Position numbers and translations under genes: made by a program. A DNA stretch of 63,939 nt, counting the filler, from Reclinomonas americana ATCC 50394 (Eukaryota), in assembly GCA_048213135.1 (NCBI GenBank). It is 4 parts of 2 records of this genome, joined end to end, with 100 filler letters (N's around TTAATTAATTAA, not from the genome) between each part and the next. Parts side by side here need not be neighbours in the genome. Positions count along the whole stretch, not along the records: positions 1 to 28,467 come from PS015302.1; 3 more parts are not named here. One strand, written 5' to 3'. Positions 1 to 19,925 of this stretch are shown here, piece by piece (within the stretch, counting starts at the first letter, position 1; each line of letters begins with the position of its first letter). The notes under the pieces are model-generated. The model worked only from the letters and a program-made list of their open reading frames with translations. It was not told the origin of the DNA and ran no database searches.

Positions 1-2250
1 CACAAACACAAACACAACACGCACAAGTATGCGACAACGTACCGATCACGCAAAAAGTACACCGAAAAATACGACGCCACGCCCACGACAGCGCCAATGC
101 CCATTGCTGCGCCTGTGAGAGTGCGATGTGTTGTTGCACATGAGAACCGGGTTGCACATTGACAGCAAGATCAAGAAAAGGCGCACCCGCAGACACGTAG
201 CCACAGCCGGGTGTGATGCCTGCAAGACCGGCAAGCGCACCTGCGACAGACACACGTCAGGAACGACATCAGCACCAACAAGCAAGTGAGAACACGAGCA
301 GCGCACCATTCAAGATCTCCGTGATGTGAAAGTAATCAGTTCTGTGAGAGCGCAACTTGAACATCAGCATGCATCCGCGAAAAAGCGCCGATTGTTTACG
401 CACCTGATGTACGCCAGAATGAGCCACACGAGGCCGGAGACACACGCCGAGACATGTGTATTGAGAGCTGTGTCGCATGCGGTGAGTGCGGAACACTCTC
501 GAACATTATTTTCACGCACACAACAAACGCACCTGCTTGTACTGCGATCTTGTCGGCACGGTATGCCGAACCGCCGTTAAAGGAGAACCACGCGGCCCAG
601 GACAAGCACCCACCAACGACTGGAGATAAACATCGCAGTGAGAGTCGCGCGACAAAGGCAAGCGAAAGAGCATACAAGCGTACCAGTGAGCTGTGGAAAT
701 GCGCGGAAGAAACACACGGAACATGGGGCAGGTTAGTTGAGGTCACGTCACACACACCGAGACAAGTGCACGCACGGGAATGTTGTGCGCTGCATGCAAT
801 ATGATATGAGCTACGCAGCAACCAACATACAACAACGATGACGGCACGGTTTGGCGACGCAACGTCCATTGTTGTACTCGTCGAGCTCGGGTCTCCGCTC
901 CAGCATGAGTGACACCACCAGGGCTGACATGCCTGATGCCGTGTGGATTCTGTGAAACGCATGGAAGGCAACATGCGTTTTGAGTACACGTGATATCTCA
1001 AGACAACACACTGGTCAGGGACGCAACGGAAAGCCGCCACCAAAGTCGAAAACGCCCCATCTGTCCCCACGGTTGTCAACTCTTGCGACAGCAGCAACAG
1101 GACCTTCTCGCAGCGTAACTGTTGCAAGAACCCGCCACCCCAGAGCGAATGCGCCACGGGGTAGTACACCAGAAGCGGGAACAGCACGCAGAACATGATA
1201 AAGGCCTTGAAATGCAGCTTCTCCGCCTGCAGATGCGCGCATTGAGCATCGCATCCACCACGATAGATGGCGCTCACAACACGACAAACCCAAGCGCCTG
1301 TACATAGCACTGGTACAACGGCGGCAAACTGTAAGTGGAAGCTGGCAAACATGAGGCCGGGGATGGTGGGCGCTGTGTGACCGATCGACGGGATCACGAT
1401 CGTGAGCAACGTGAGCCCGTGAACGGCACGGGCGCACACACAACACACGCACCTGACTTGTAACATCGGTAGGTCTCGCGCAGGAGGACGTGATCCAACG
1501 ATCCAATAATGCCCCAGTGATCCTCACCGACTGCGTAGCAGCACAGTCAGTTGCAGAGCAACGAGTAACGCACGCCCACTCTCCAACGAAACAGGTTAAT
1601 GAGTAGCCGATGCTGCAGCGTGGGAACACAACGCGTCGCGAATGAGGTACACGTGACTGATACGATGGATGCGTGTGCGTGACAATCCGACGCAGCACGC
1701 AACAGACACCACATGATGCCGCCGATGACGACGCCCGTGAGAGACTGCATAAGCATGTTCAACCTGCACACAGCGAGAGACACAGAGAGGGGAGTGAGAG
1801 AGCGAGAGAGTGGGGAAGTGTGAGTGAGCGAATGTGACACAAATGGTGGTGCATCAGCAGCAGCGCAACGAGTTGTTGCGTCGAATGATGCCGGCTTGTG
1901 TGAGACCAACGCTGTGAGTGAGCGAACAACTAGGCGTGAGACGATGCAACCAGAGGCACGGGTCGAAGGCGATGACAATGACGAAACGCTGGCGACTGCA
2001 ACATGACCTGTGTGTGTGTGCGCGTGTGTGCGTGGTTGAGTACACCATTGAGAGAGAGAGATTCGTGCAGCACTCAACGCACCATGGCAGAGCTGACCAA
2101 CATCCACGCTGCGATGAGACACGCACACGCACAGTCATCGATCAGAAGAAGAAGAGCAGCTGCAGCAGCAATGTGTTCTTGGCGGCAGCCACATTGCATA
2201 CCAATGTCGCCGTCATCCAAGGCGCAACCGTTCTCGTCGAGACCATCCAT
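1..2250 (-). CDS. amt: Amt-family ammonium transporter (multi-exon; 3' end runs off the window)
   Basis: Spliced translation gives Amt motifs: GDIAWMLVSSAMVMLQSPAVGLTQAGIIRRNNSLNMLMQ, IGYSLTFG, YYPVAHSLWGGGFLQQWGVFDFGGGFPIHTASGMSAL, PHNIPLTVVGGCLSWAAWFSFNGGS, LNTHVSA, NGALAGLAGITPGCGYV. Start ATG at 2250 is inferred. Confidence 0.93.
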
Positions 2251-2941
2251 GAGCGACGTCGCCACCACCACCAGTGAGCTCTCTCGGTCGAGGATGAGTT
2301 GTGCGCGGATGGGTGCGCAGGCTCGCGTGCGCAACGACGACAACAACTCCACCAATCGTGTGAACTGGATGTGTGTCACACAGAGAGTTCGCGTCGTCGA
2401 CGATCTCTGTACGCTAGCAGGCGATAGATGACAACGCGCGACGACGAAAGGAGCTTCGACAGAGAGTGGCCGAATCCGTCGACCGATATCTCGATCCGTG
2501 GCGATCGATTTTCTGGCTGCAGCAACCTCATGCACACTGTCTTGACGGCCAGGTCCAACAACCACACTTTGGAGAAACTATTGCCTCTCCAGACCTTCTG
2601 CAACACGCAGTATCGAATACAAGGGTGTACATGTGTTCGAATTCGTCCGTTGCAACTGGATAGACGTTCTCCACGGCCAGTAACGGGTGCTGGCCTGCAC
2701 GACAACTGTCGCCCCACAAGCTTGTCGATGTCACGATGCGGTAGATATCTTCGTCGTTTTTCCGTGGACATTCATACAGTGCTGCGAGGGAGATTCTACT
2801 GTCAATCCAATTCGTGTATGCTCACGTCCACGCGTGTGCTTCCAGTTTTCGACAACAAGGACACTCGCACTTGCTCCGTGAGCGAGAGCACAAGAGAACA
2901 GTGAATAGCTGTACGGAGGGACAGTGCACGTTGTGCTAGCC

Positions 2942-9897
<6,956 letters not shown>

Positions 9898-10007
9898 TGC
9901 GACGATATTGATAACTACCTATATTCATCAAAAGAAGTAAAAGAGTGGGAGAGAAACACACACACGCTCACTGAGAGAGAGAGAGAGAGTATGCGGATCG
10001 ACAATGC

Positions 10008-12529
10008 TCATTCACGATGAGCCTTGGCAGACCCGACACGCGCACCGGTGCCAGCGGCATGCGCCGGCGTAGTCATGCTCACCACAGAGAGTGTGTGCGG
10101 AGAGCCGGCGTCCATCTCCACCAAGGCCATGGGTGCGTGCAATCCGTCCCCCCCTGCGTCTTGCAGCAGTGGTGCAGTGGCCAAGTCGCTGTCCAGAGCT
10201 GCGTGGCGATCGTACAGCCAAGCAACGTACTTTTGGTGGGCCGTCAGCGTTTCAAAGTCGGCTGGCACCTCCCAGAAGGCGTCGTCGCGGTAGTACATGT
10301 CCAACGGGTATCCGCGAGTGATGAGACGCACCACGTAGCCACTCAGTGCACCAGTCGACGCGCCGAGACCAAGAGTGATGGCCAGAGCGGCCACTTGGTA
10401 CGGCGCCTGATTGTCTGTGTGCGGGAACATGGTGTCGAAGCTGCTGCCGTAGTCCGCACGCTTGGCGACAGCGGTGGCAATGATGGCCGTGATGCCACCG
10501 AGGAATCCAGGCAGACCGTGCAAGCCAAGTACACCGCAGGTATCTTGCAGGCCGATCTTGCGCTCCAAGAATGGAAGAATGTAGCGGAAGGTGAATGTCG
10601 ACAGGATGCCGGCACAGAAGCCGAGCAAGAGAGCACCCTGGGCGGGAGGAGGAGAGCGGGTGTTGTTAGCACAACGCACTTGGTTGTGTGCACATACTGG
10701 ACGCTGCGCAACTCCAGTGCCGAGAATGAGATCGGCCGATGCGCCCACCGCCACGCCACCGGCAAGAGTGGCATTCTGCACGTGCACCATCTCGAACTTG
10801 CCGTGGAAGAGCTTGCTCGAGGCGAAGGTGCTGACAATGCTGGCGGACAGCGACAGCACAGTGTTGATGATCGCGCGGAACTGGTTTTCACCAGCAGTGG
10901 CGGCATTGAACGACGGCCAGTAGATCCACAGGAAGATGGTGCCCACCATGGCGAAGCTGTGTGTGTGCACCACACGTGCAACAATTACACACACATCAGC
11001 ACAGCAGCAGTGCGACACGCGAGCAACCGCACACTCACATGTCACCCTGGTAGGAGGAGGCACGGTCGGCAGAGGCCAGTGCTCGTTTGTGCGAGAGGAA
11101 CCAGGTGGCTGCGAGGCCAAAGCTGGCGCCGAACAAGTGAATCGTCATGCTGTTGTTGGGCGGAAGCGATCGCCATGGTGAGCAGACACACTCCGTCACT
11201 GCACCTTCTCCTCCTCCTCAAACGCACCTTCCACCCACATCCACCGCGCCGACCTTGTTGATGCACACGTAAATGTTGAGGGCGTAGAAGAACATTTCGA
11301 AGATGCCGAGGTAGAATATCTGAGTGGGCGTCGTGCGGCCGATCAGCACGCCAAAGGTGATAAGGAAGGTGATGGCGGCAAAGTTGCCCTCGATGAGCCA
11401 CGACGAGTTGATGCGCAGCGTGTCCCACTCGCCCGCCGCAATGCGCACAAAGAGAGCACGCATGAGGATGCCCCACTGGATGCACACGCCGGCCAGGAGC
11501 ATGGTGAGGCCGACCGACCCGAATCCAAAGCGACGCAGGAATGTCATGAGGAAGCCAAAGCCTGTGCGCACACACACATGAGATCAGCAGGCTCGACGAA
11601 TTTACGAACAGGCGGCGGCGGACAAGGAAAACAACACAAGAACCGATGAATGTCATGATGGTGATTCCTGCACACACACGGATGCAGATGAGTTTCGCAC
11701 ACAGCACATTGTCAAGAGGACCATCGCACGCTCACAGCTCACCAAGATAGTAGGAATAGAACGATGTCACGCGATTGGCAGGGCCGACTTGGAGAGCCGT
11801 GTCGGTGCCGTCAGAGTAGTCGACGAGGGTGAAGTACAGCAGAATCATCAGCAGCTGGAACAGGAAGAGTGGAACACTGAGCTCCTGGTGCGCGTTGTCG
11901 CCCGCGTGGCCACTGGCCGATCCACCGTCAACACGGCCGATGTTATCGACATCGCGCAGCAGCTCGAGAATCTGCGTATCCCATCATCATCATCATCATC
12001 AATCACACACAGAGAAGGCAAGGAGTGGAGAGTGGAGAGCGGAGAGCAAAGAGAGAGAGAATGAAGAGTGCCAGATGCGCATATACGCGCGCAGCGTTGC
12101 TGCGTGCACGCACCCTCTTCCTCCGCTCGCGCACGCTGCGCAGCGACTCTTCGAGTGAGCGGCGATTCGATGTGTTCTCCATCAGCGCCGCTGTTGCGAG
12201 TGTTGTGTGTGTGTGTCAGTCGATACCAGCACGCATGCATGTATGGCAAGAGAGTGCGCATCAGTGCGAAAACACACACGAAACTTCCCAGCGCCTCGAG
12301 CGTCTCCAACTCCTCAGTCGCAATGTTGGAGAGCTGCGTCTCCAGATCATCCTTCAGCCTGCGAATGCGCGCACGCGCGCACACACACACACAGAGGCAC
12401 GCACACGAGATGAGCACATACACTCACACACACGCATGCATGCGTGGCGGCATTGAAAACTCTAAACTCTTCCAAAACACCGGCACCTCGGTGCCGGGAG
12501 ACTCACCGCGTCGTTGCTGCGTAGGCCAT
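10008..12529 (-). CDS. Rh-family (Rh50/RhCG-like) ammonium/CO2 channel
   Basis: Rh signatures: IGFGFLMTFLRRFGFGSVG, DVGGSMTIHLFGASFGL, FAMVGTIFLWIYWPSFNAA, HVQNATLAGGVAVG, DTCGVLGLHGLPG, YYRDDAFWEVP. Start (MAYAATTR, 12529) inferred from splice phase. Confidence 0.93.
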
Positions 12530-12687
12530 TCTTGTGTGGAGAAGCAGACACTTGTGCGCGCACGTACACCGACCTCGTCGCTCTCTCCTCCCACCCCACG
12601 TCACGGGTGAAAAACAACGCCCGCAAGCCGTCTACCAAATTTGGAGCGGCAGTCAATTGATTTTCCGATCATCGTGCGAGAGAGGCA

Positions 12688-14044
12688 ATGGAGGCCTTTG
12701 CCAACGAGGTGGACCGGGTGTTGGTTTGTGGGGCGACTGGACGGGCTGGATCGGCGGTGGTGCGGGCACTGGTGCTGGCCGGTGCGGAAGTCCGCTGCTT
12801 GGTGAGACCGCCTCTGGATAGGGCGGTGGTCGATGCGCTGCGTGCATTCGGCTTGCGCGTGAGCATTGTGGAGGGCGATCTGCTCGACATTTCGTCGATC
12901 AAGGTGTGTGCGTGTGTGCGTGTGTGCTCGTGGAGGCGCGCACGGCAACACAACACAAATTGATTCTGCGACCAATAATGATTCCCTCTGCGTTTGCCAG
13001 GAAGCACTGCATGGCTGCTCACGGGTGTTTGTGGCCACGTCAGGCGACGATCTGGCCACCCTGGAGGGCAACCTCGCACTGGCGTGCCAGGACATGGAGA
13101 GTCACGTGGAGCTTCTCGTCAAACTCTCCGTCCCGAAGGCTTTTCTCGGCAAGCCACCAGTGGGAGTGCAACACTTGGATGCTGAGAACCGCATCCGCGC
13201 CACCGACGTCCCATACGTGATGCTCAACACCGATGGCTTTATGGAGGTGTGTTTGCCAGAATACGACGTAGATGAGGAGAACAACTGACGACAGACGTGT
13301 GCACACAGTCGCACGTGCTTCTCCACGCCCCCTCGGTAATGTCCACCGGTCGCATTCGCTTCCCGTGCCCCAGTGATGCCCACTGGTCGTACATTTCACT
13401 CGAGGATGTCGGTGCTGCAGGTGTGTGTGTACATGGTGGTGGAGTGCGCATTCTTCGAATTCTCCTCCTTGCATGACAAGAATCTCCCGACTGCGAGTAG
13501 CGGCCTCCCTGTTGCTTCTGCCCGACCTTTCACCCCACATTGGCCAGCACTACACGCTGGCTGGCCCGGAGCTCGTCACCATGCAGCAAATGGCCGACAT
13601 TGTGGGCATTGAATGCGGGCTGCCGCCGAGCAAGTCGGGATCGTGGTACGAACAAATTCCCAGCACTGTGTGGAAGCACGAGGCCATGGCCCACGGTCTG
13701 CCCGAGGGCGCCTGCGACTCCATTCTCGACCTGTACGGCCCCGACAACTTGCTGAGTGACGGGTATCGTCTGGCGGGCTCAAACGACACGGATCGTCCAC
13801 TCAAGGTGATCTGTTATTTCCCCCTCGCTTGCATGCACACGCTGCTGCTGACGTACTGCTGTACACCACACAGGCTGTCTACACGCCACGGCTCACTGTA
13901 CGTGACTTTGTGCGGCTGAATGCGGCCGCCTTCCGGCCGATCGGCACACTGGGCTCATCGTGGGGCAGCGGTGCCGGCAGTCATCACTACGGTCGGCAAG
14001 GTCACGCGCAGCAGGAGCAGTATGAGGAGGAGGAAGGAGTGTGA
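12688..14044 (+). CDS. NmrA-like atypical SDR, NAD(P)-binding protein
   Basis: Rossmann motif VLVCGATGRAGSAVV, VEGDLLD, HLDAENRIRATDVPYVMLNTDGFME, SYISLEDVG, HIGQHYTLAGPELVTMQQMADI, TVRDFVRLNAAAF. Confidence 0.85.
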
Positions 14045-14154
14045 AGCAGTCAGTCTCACTGTCTCGCCGCATGAATGAAGAACGTTGGACGGACGTTAAA
14101 CGTGTTCGATTGTCCGTCCCACAGCCGTCGTTTGTTTGTGTTTGAGAGAGAAGG

Positions 14155-15254
14155 ATGTCGCGGCGACGCGTGAGTGCCAGCACGAGTAAGCTGCTCGAAG
14201 GTACATCTCCTCGCTCACTCGCTGTGCCCCGCTCGCACCTGTTTCTCACGCGCGATGACAGATATGATGGCCAAGAGTGGCCTCACCGGTGCACAGAAAC
14301 GACAACTGCGCGAGACTGCACAGAGTTGCGTGCGCACGAGACAAGTCCTCTCCCCTCTCCCTCTCGTTCTCACACACACATACACACGCACAGGCGGATC
14401 AACACTACCGCTGCACGTGCCTCCACAAAACTACGTGCAGCAGGCGTTCAGGAGGGGAGGCACTGGTGCCGACATGTTTGGCCGCCGATCGTATGGCATC
14501 TCACGAAAGAGTCAGTCGGCGATCCAGCGAGACACACCGTACGAACGCGACTCGTATCGCCCACTGCCACCAAGTTGAGCATCGTCGATCTTGTCGGCAT
14601 CCTTGTGACGCAACAATCTCTCATCCTCTGTCATCGAACAGAGTTTGATCGCGACAAGGAAAAGGACAAGCTGATCTCGATCTTTGGCGACGGCAAGGAG
14701 CACTATGAGGCCATGCAAAAGGCGGTGCGCGATGCTGCCAGGAGACGCCCCGCGCCACCACCGGCACCAGCCGCTCCGGCGTTGACGCCCGAGCAGCTGC
14801 GCATCGAGGAGATTGGCAATGAGATTCACGAGCGCCAGCAGTGGCTGCAGGAGATGAAGGTGAGTGCGTTTGTGCGGGAGGTGCGCGTCGCCCCACTTCC
14901 GCGCCTTTCTCACGTTCGTGTGTGTGTGTGTCGCAGTCGCTGTGTGCCGGTCTCGACAGCGAGGCGCGTCGGCGTGTTCGCGAGTACGAGGCGCAGATCA
15001 GTGCCGAGATTTCGGTGATGCAGTCGGAGCTGAAGCGCCTGGTGCGTGAGGAGGAACGGGCGTTGCGTGTGGAACAGGGCCTGCCGCCAGACCCCGACGA
15101 CGACGAGATGGGTGGCGAGAAAGACGGTGGTGACGGGGAGACGAGCGGGTTGTCGTTGCTGATGCCGAGTGAGCGGCTGGCCGATCAGCAGAGAGCGGCG
15201 AGTGCCACCGCGGGTGGTACCAGCACAGTACCGAGCGCAGCGCCAGATCGATGA
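14155..15254 (+). CDS. UPF0193/EVG1 (C22orf23)-like protein
   Basis: KLLEDMMAKSGLTGAQKRQL, DRDKEKDKLISIFGDGK, EIHERQQWLQEMK and AQISAEIS resemble conserved blocks of the EVG1 family (recognised from memory). Confidence 0.65.
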
Positions 15255-15337
15255 ACTGACAACCATCAAAACTACTACACTTGTGTTTTTTTTCTCCTCG
15301 TTTCTTTTTCGGTGTGTTTTTTCTTCTGCGCAGCTGG

Positions 15338-17738
15338 TCAGCGATCATCAGCTCTGCCATCGCGTCCAGTGCTCTGGGTGAGCTTGACGTTTTTCAACCA
15401 GTTCTGTCGTCAGCAAGTGAGTCGTCGGGGGAGGAGAAGGGAGACGGAGAAGGCGACAACACACGCAACGGCCATTGGCGCAATGTGCTTCTCCTGCACA
15501 TCACTGTCCTGTACCGACCAGCTGGACATGGAGCGGCGGTGCAAGTCCTCGGCATGCTTCATGTGTCTTTGTTGCTCGGGTTGTACGACCTTCCATGCAT
15601 GTTCCGCTGACGGTCGTGCTGCGCGCGTCGCAGTCAGCAACATCAGGCGAAAGTCCATGGAGGAAGCACTGAAGAAAGTACCGTGGAGATCAAAGCTCTG
15701 CGTCGTGGCGTGTCGTTTTCTCTTCTGCACGTCAAAGGCTCCCGACGACGAGATCTCAGAGGTCGTGTGTGTGTGTCGCTGCTGGAATCGCCTGGTGCTG
15801 ATCGGCAGTCGGCTTGGTGGCGGCACCAAAGGCATCGACTTGGCCACCTGGGGCAGGGCGCTCTGCTGTTGCACTGCGTTGGCCGACGTCACATCGGCGA
15901 GTGGTGGCCGTGAGCCTGCTGTGGCGGCGGCGCCGCTGCGCACGGAGCGCACCTGCGGCAGTGCAGAAATGGCCGGTGGCGACGGCGTCTTGCCGCCCGT
16001 GGGCGACGGCGAGAACGACGCATCAAAGGAGATGGGAGAGGAGGCGTCAAACTTGCCCGTTCCCGATCGTGGCATCTGCGGGGTGGCACTCAGCGGCGAC
16101 TCGGAGCCTTCGGTGGCCATGGCCACTGATCGATCAGCATCCCGCAGAGGCGACACCAATCCACCCTCCAGTTCCTGCCGGCTGCGTTCGAGATCCTCCG
16201 CTTCCTCGTCGGTCTGGAACGATGAATCGCTAATGTCGTGTTGTCGGAGAGTCGGCAGTGTGAGGGCACTGGGCGTGTTGATCGACATGATGGAGTGATT
16301 TTGTGCCGCCGGCGTGCCCGGCGATGCTCCTTTTTGCGCCACCTCCTCGTCGTTGTCCGTGTCATCATCACCAAAGCCATCGTCACTCTGCGGTGTGCAT
16401 TTGGTGAGTGAAGAGAAGTAGATCACACCTTCTTTCTCTCCTTTCGACTGCACTCACATCGTCCTCGACACTGTGATTGTCGCGTACTTGCGGCGCCGAA
16501 GAACCACTGCAGCGCGCCAGCTTGGCGACAACTGGTTTCGTTTGCGGCTGCGGTTGCTGTTTGTGGAATCGGTGAGCAACAACAACAACACAGATGAAAA
16601 AAGAAGTGCTTCTCACCACAGGGTCGCGTGGCGAGTCGAGATCTTCGCCTCCAAAATCGATCAAGTGAGTAGGCAGCAATGGTGCCTGTCGCCAAGAAAA
16701 AGTTCGTGTCAGTCAGCTCAATGACAGTGAGAAAAGCACAGTGGCAAAACACTGCGAAACCTGTGGCGGCGCCACGGCCGGCTGCTTCTCATCAGATGAA
16801 TCGTGGGAATCCCACTCACTGCCACTGTCGTCGCCCGCAGACTCCTCCGCCTATGCGAGAACAGGAGATTGTCAGTCGCCTCGTACCCCCCACACGGGCG
16901 CACACGTTCTACTTCGACGCACCGCGGCTGGCGAGTCGACCATGCGCAACACCTCTTCCCGCGGCATTGGCGACACAGCCGCCGGTGACGACGGCGAACG
17001 CGACCGCAGCGGATGCACCGCCGGTGTCGCCGACGCCGGCAGCACACTTGCCAGCAGCTCAGACGACGACGGCGACGTCGAATCCATGGCCGTCGCCGGC
17101 GACGAGGGATCCTCGTCACTCAGCAAGCGACGTCCACGCGCCGGTGGCGTCACCGCAGGCGACTCGCTCGTCCACCGCTGCGACCCCGGCAACTGGAACG
17201 ACGACGATGATGCCGATGATGATGATGACAGCGCACCAGTGCCACCTGCCGAGGCGAACACAGTGGACGGTGTGCCCAGTGCGTCGAGCACCGGTGGCGG
17301 TGGCGTACGCACATCACTCGGCTGCAGCTGCTGTCGGTGAAACATGCTCACTGCGGGCGAGTCTGGTGCCACGCGCGCGACTGTGACCGGTGCGCTTGAC
17401 TGCTCACTCTCCTGCACAACGACGATGAGCAATGTTCCCGCCAAGTGTCATCATCAACACCCACACACACACACACACACCATGTCCACGAGTACTCTCA
17501 GCTGCGCCATGGCTCGGTCCAACTCTGTCAATTGTACACGCAGCTCGTGCTGATTCCACATGTCACGTGTGAGCGAGCGAGTGACTCGAGTCGTGTGAGT
17601 GACTCTGTGTGAAAACGCAACAACGTGTCGAATGCGCTGAAACGTGCTTAACATGGGTCCACTGGCCACCTCCTCTGTCTCCTTGTCGTTGCTCTCCCCA
17701 CGCCACCAGCGCACGAGACCATCGAGAACGCGTCGCAT
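15338..17738 (-). CDS. Hypothetical Ser/Pro-rich low-complexity protein (multi-exon)
   Basis: Long minus-strand ORFs (15410-16453, 16872-17444) with splice signals. Short coiled-coil-like N-terminus (ELRVQLTELDRAMAQL). No recognisable domain. Confidence 0.55.
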
Positions 17739-17812
17739 GAGCGTGAAAAAAACGAGTTGAAGAAAGGTCTTCTGATCGCCAGTCGATGAACTGCGTGATT
17801 AAGTGGAAGGGA

Positions 17813-19181
17813 ATGGCGAGCAGCAGCAGCACACCGCAAGACCTGCACGCCACTGTGCTCTCCGAGTCGGAGGAGCTGGACCCGGCACTGCATCCTGTTG
17901 TGCGCGGTCAGTCACACACACAGAGAGAGAGTGGGTGCGTCTGTGTGACATTGCCTTACACGCGCAAGCAGGGCCCGACTTTAACGATCCGGTCGACTAC
18001 GATCGCTTGTTTGAGACGTACCAGTACATGGGCTTCCAGGCGAGCTCGCTCGGACAGGCCATTGTCGAAATCAATCGCATGGTTTGCGATATGCATGCAT
18101 GCAATGGAGGGCCGGAAATGGTCTCTGATGTTGTGTGTCGAGGCAGATCGACGCACGCTCGGCGCCGCACGAGGTGGAGACGGCCGAGTATGAGAGCGAG
18201 GACCCGTTCCGCCCGCGTCGCCCGTGCACCATCTTCCTCGGCTACACCTCCAACATGGCGTCGTGTGGTGTGCGTGAGGTCATTCGGTTCCTGTGCCAGC
18301 ACAACATGATCGACTGTGTGGTGGCCTCGGCGGGTGGCATCGAGGAGGACTTTATCAAGTGTCTGGCGCCGACGTACATGGGCGATTTTGCGCTGCCGGG
18401 CGCCGAGTTGAGAAAACGCGGACTCAATCGCATCGGCAACCTGCTGGTGCCCAACTCCAACTACTGCAAGTTCGAGGATTGGTTCACGCCCATCCTCGAT
18501 GAGATGTACGCGGAGCAGTTGGAGCACGGCAAGGTGTGGACGCCGTCGCGCATGATTGCGCGCATGGGCGAGCGTATCAACAACCCCGACTCGATCTACT
18601 ACTGGTGCTACAAGGTTTGCGTGGCACCACCGCGAGTGGGGCGAATGCCTTGCGTTGGACTCTCACACTACCTTGAGTATGTGTAGAACAACATCCCCGT
18701 GTTCTGCCCGGCCATCACCGACGGCTCGATCGGCGACATGGTGTACTTCCGATCGTGGAAGAACACCGACTTCACCATTGACATTTGCCGCGACATTCGG
18801 CGCATCAACGACATTGCTCGGCGGGCGCACTCCACCGGCATGATCATTTGCGGTGGCGGTCTCATCAAGCACCACATTTGCAACGCGAACCTCATGCGCA
18901 ACGGTGCCGACTACTCGGTGTTCATCAACACGGCCAGCGAGTTCGACGGCAGCGACTCGGGCGCCCGACCCGACGAGGCCGTGTCGTGGGGCAAGATCCG
19001 CCTCACGGCCAAGCCCGTCAAGCTGTACTGCGAGACCTCGGTGGCGTTCCCACTGATTGTCGCACAGACGTTTGCCAAGCGGTACCACTTGGAGCGACGG
19101 AAACGACAGGAAGAGGAAGAGGCTGCTGCTGCTGCTGCAGTGGCTGAGGTGGCGGCTGCGCCTGTTGCGGCACGAGAGTAA
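17813..19181 (+). CDS. DHPS: Deoxyhypusine synthase
   Basis: [106 protein letters not shown] (catalytic Lys present). Confidence 0.97.
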
Positions 19182-19229
19182 ACACGCTCGCAGTGTCAAT
19201 CAGTCATCTCGTGTGAGCTCGGCGTGATT

Positions 19230-19841
19230 TTAATCGTCGAATGGTCCGCCAGGCATATCGGAAGCCGGCACCGTTAGACAGTGCCGCCTCATGTAGGCCC
19301 TCCGCCTTGCATCACGCACCGCCTCTACCTTGCGCTGCTCCTCCAGCAGGTCCTTGATGCGCTGTGCATGATGCCGGCACATGAGTTGTCTCCGACACAC
19401 ACACACACACAGTATCATTGTCTCGCTCGCCACGCAACAGCCAAGTCAGCTCTCCGCAGCTGCGTGTCAATGCTCTCATCGACCTCGCCCAGCAGCACCA
19501 CATTCTCCCCGCGAATGATGCACAACCCCACGCGCTCGTCGGCAAACATGCCGTCACAAGTGAATCTCTCCCACGTGTCCTCGAACACCAAGTTCGCTGC
19601 GCGCGCGCGTGCAAGTGAGTCACTTGCATGCGCTAGGCACGAGAAGGGGGAGGCCGCACCAAAACGATCAAAAGAACGCAGAACACCGAGCAGATTGCGT
19701 CCGTCACGCAGCCACACAAACAGTCGCTCTGCATGCGCTCATCAGTGCATGCACACACACACGCACAGAGGAAGTGAGAGAGTACACGCAACTGTCGACC
19801 TGCTCAAGCAGCGTGGCCGACGATGGCAAGCCCGCGCTCAT
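19230..19841 (-). CDS. LSM1: Sm-like protein LSm1
   Basis: LPSSATLLEQVDKRLFVWLRDGRNLLGVLRSFDRFANLVFEDTWER...GLCIIRGENVVLLGEVD: Sm1/Sm2 motifs typical of LSm1. Confidence 0.88.
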
Positions 19842-19925
19842 CGCCGGCGTCTTTGAGTCGTGTGGCGGACCGACGGAAGTTTGTGACTTTTTGCGCGCGC
19901 GCGACAGAGGAAGAGTTGTCTCACC

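Noticed and set aside
2251..2941. Short ORFs of 130-160 aa between Amt and the ATPase
   Set aside because: No recognisable motif or convincing exon structure; more likely UTR or bidirectional promoter.
10017..11261. 414-aa plus-strand ORF and similar long antisense ORFs (20342-21538, 22822-24093)
   Set aside because: They are shadows of GC-rich coding exons on the opposite strand.
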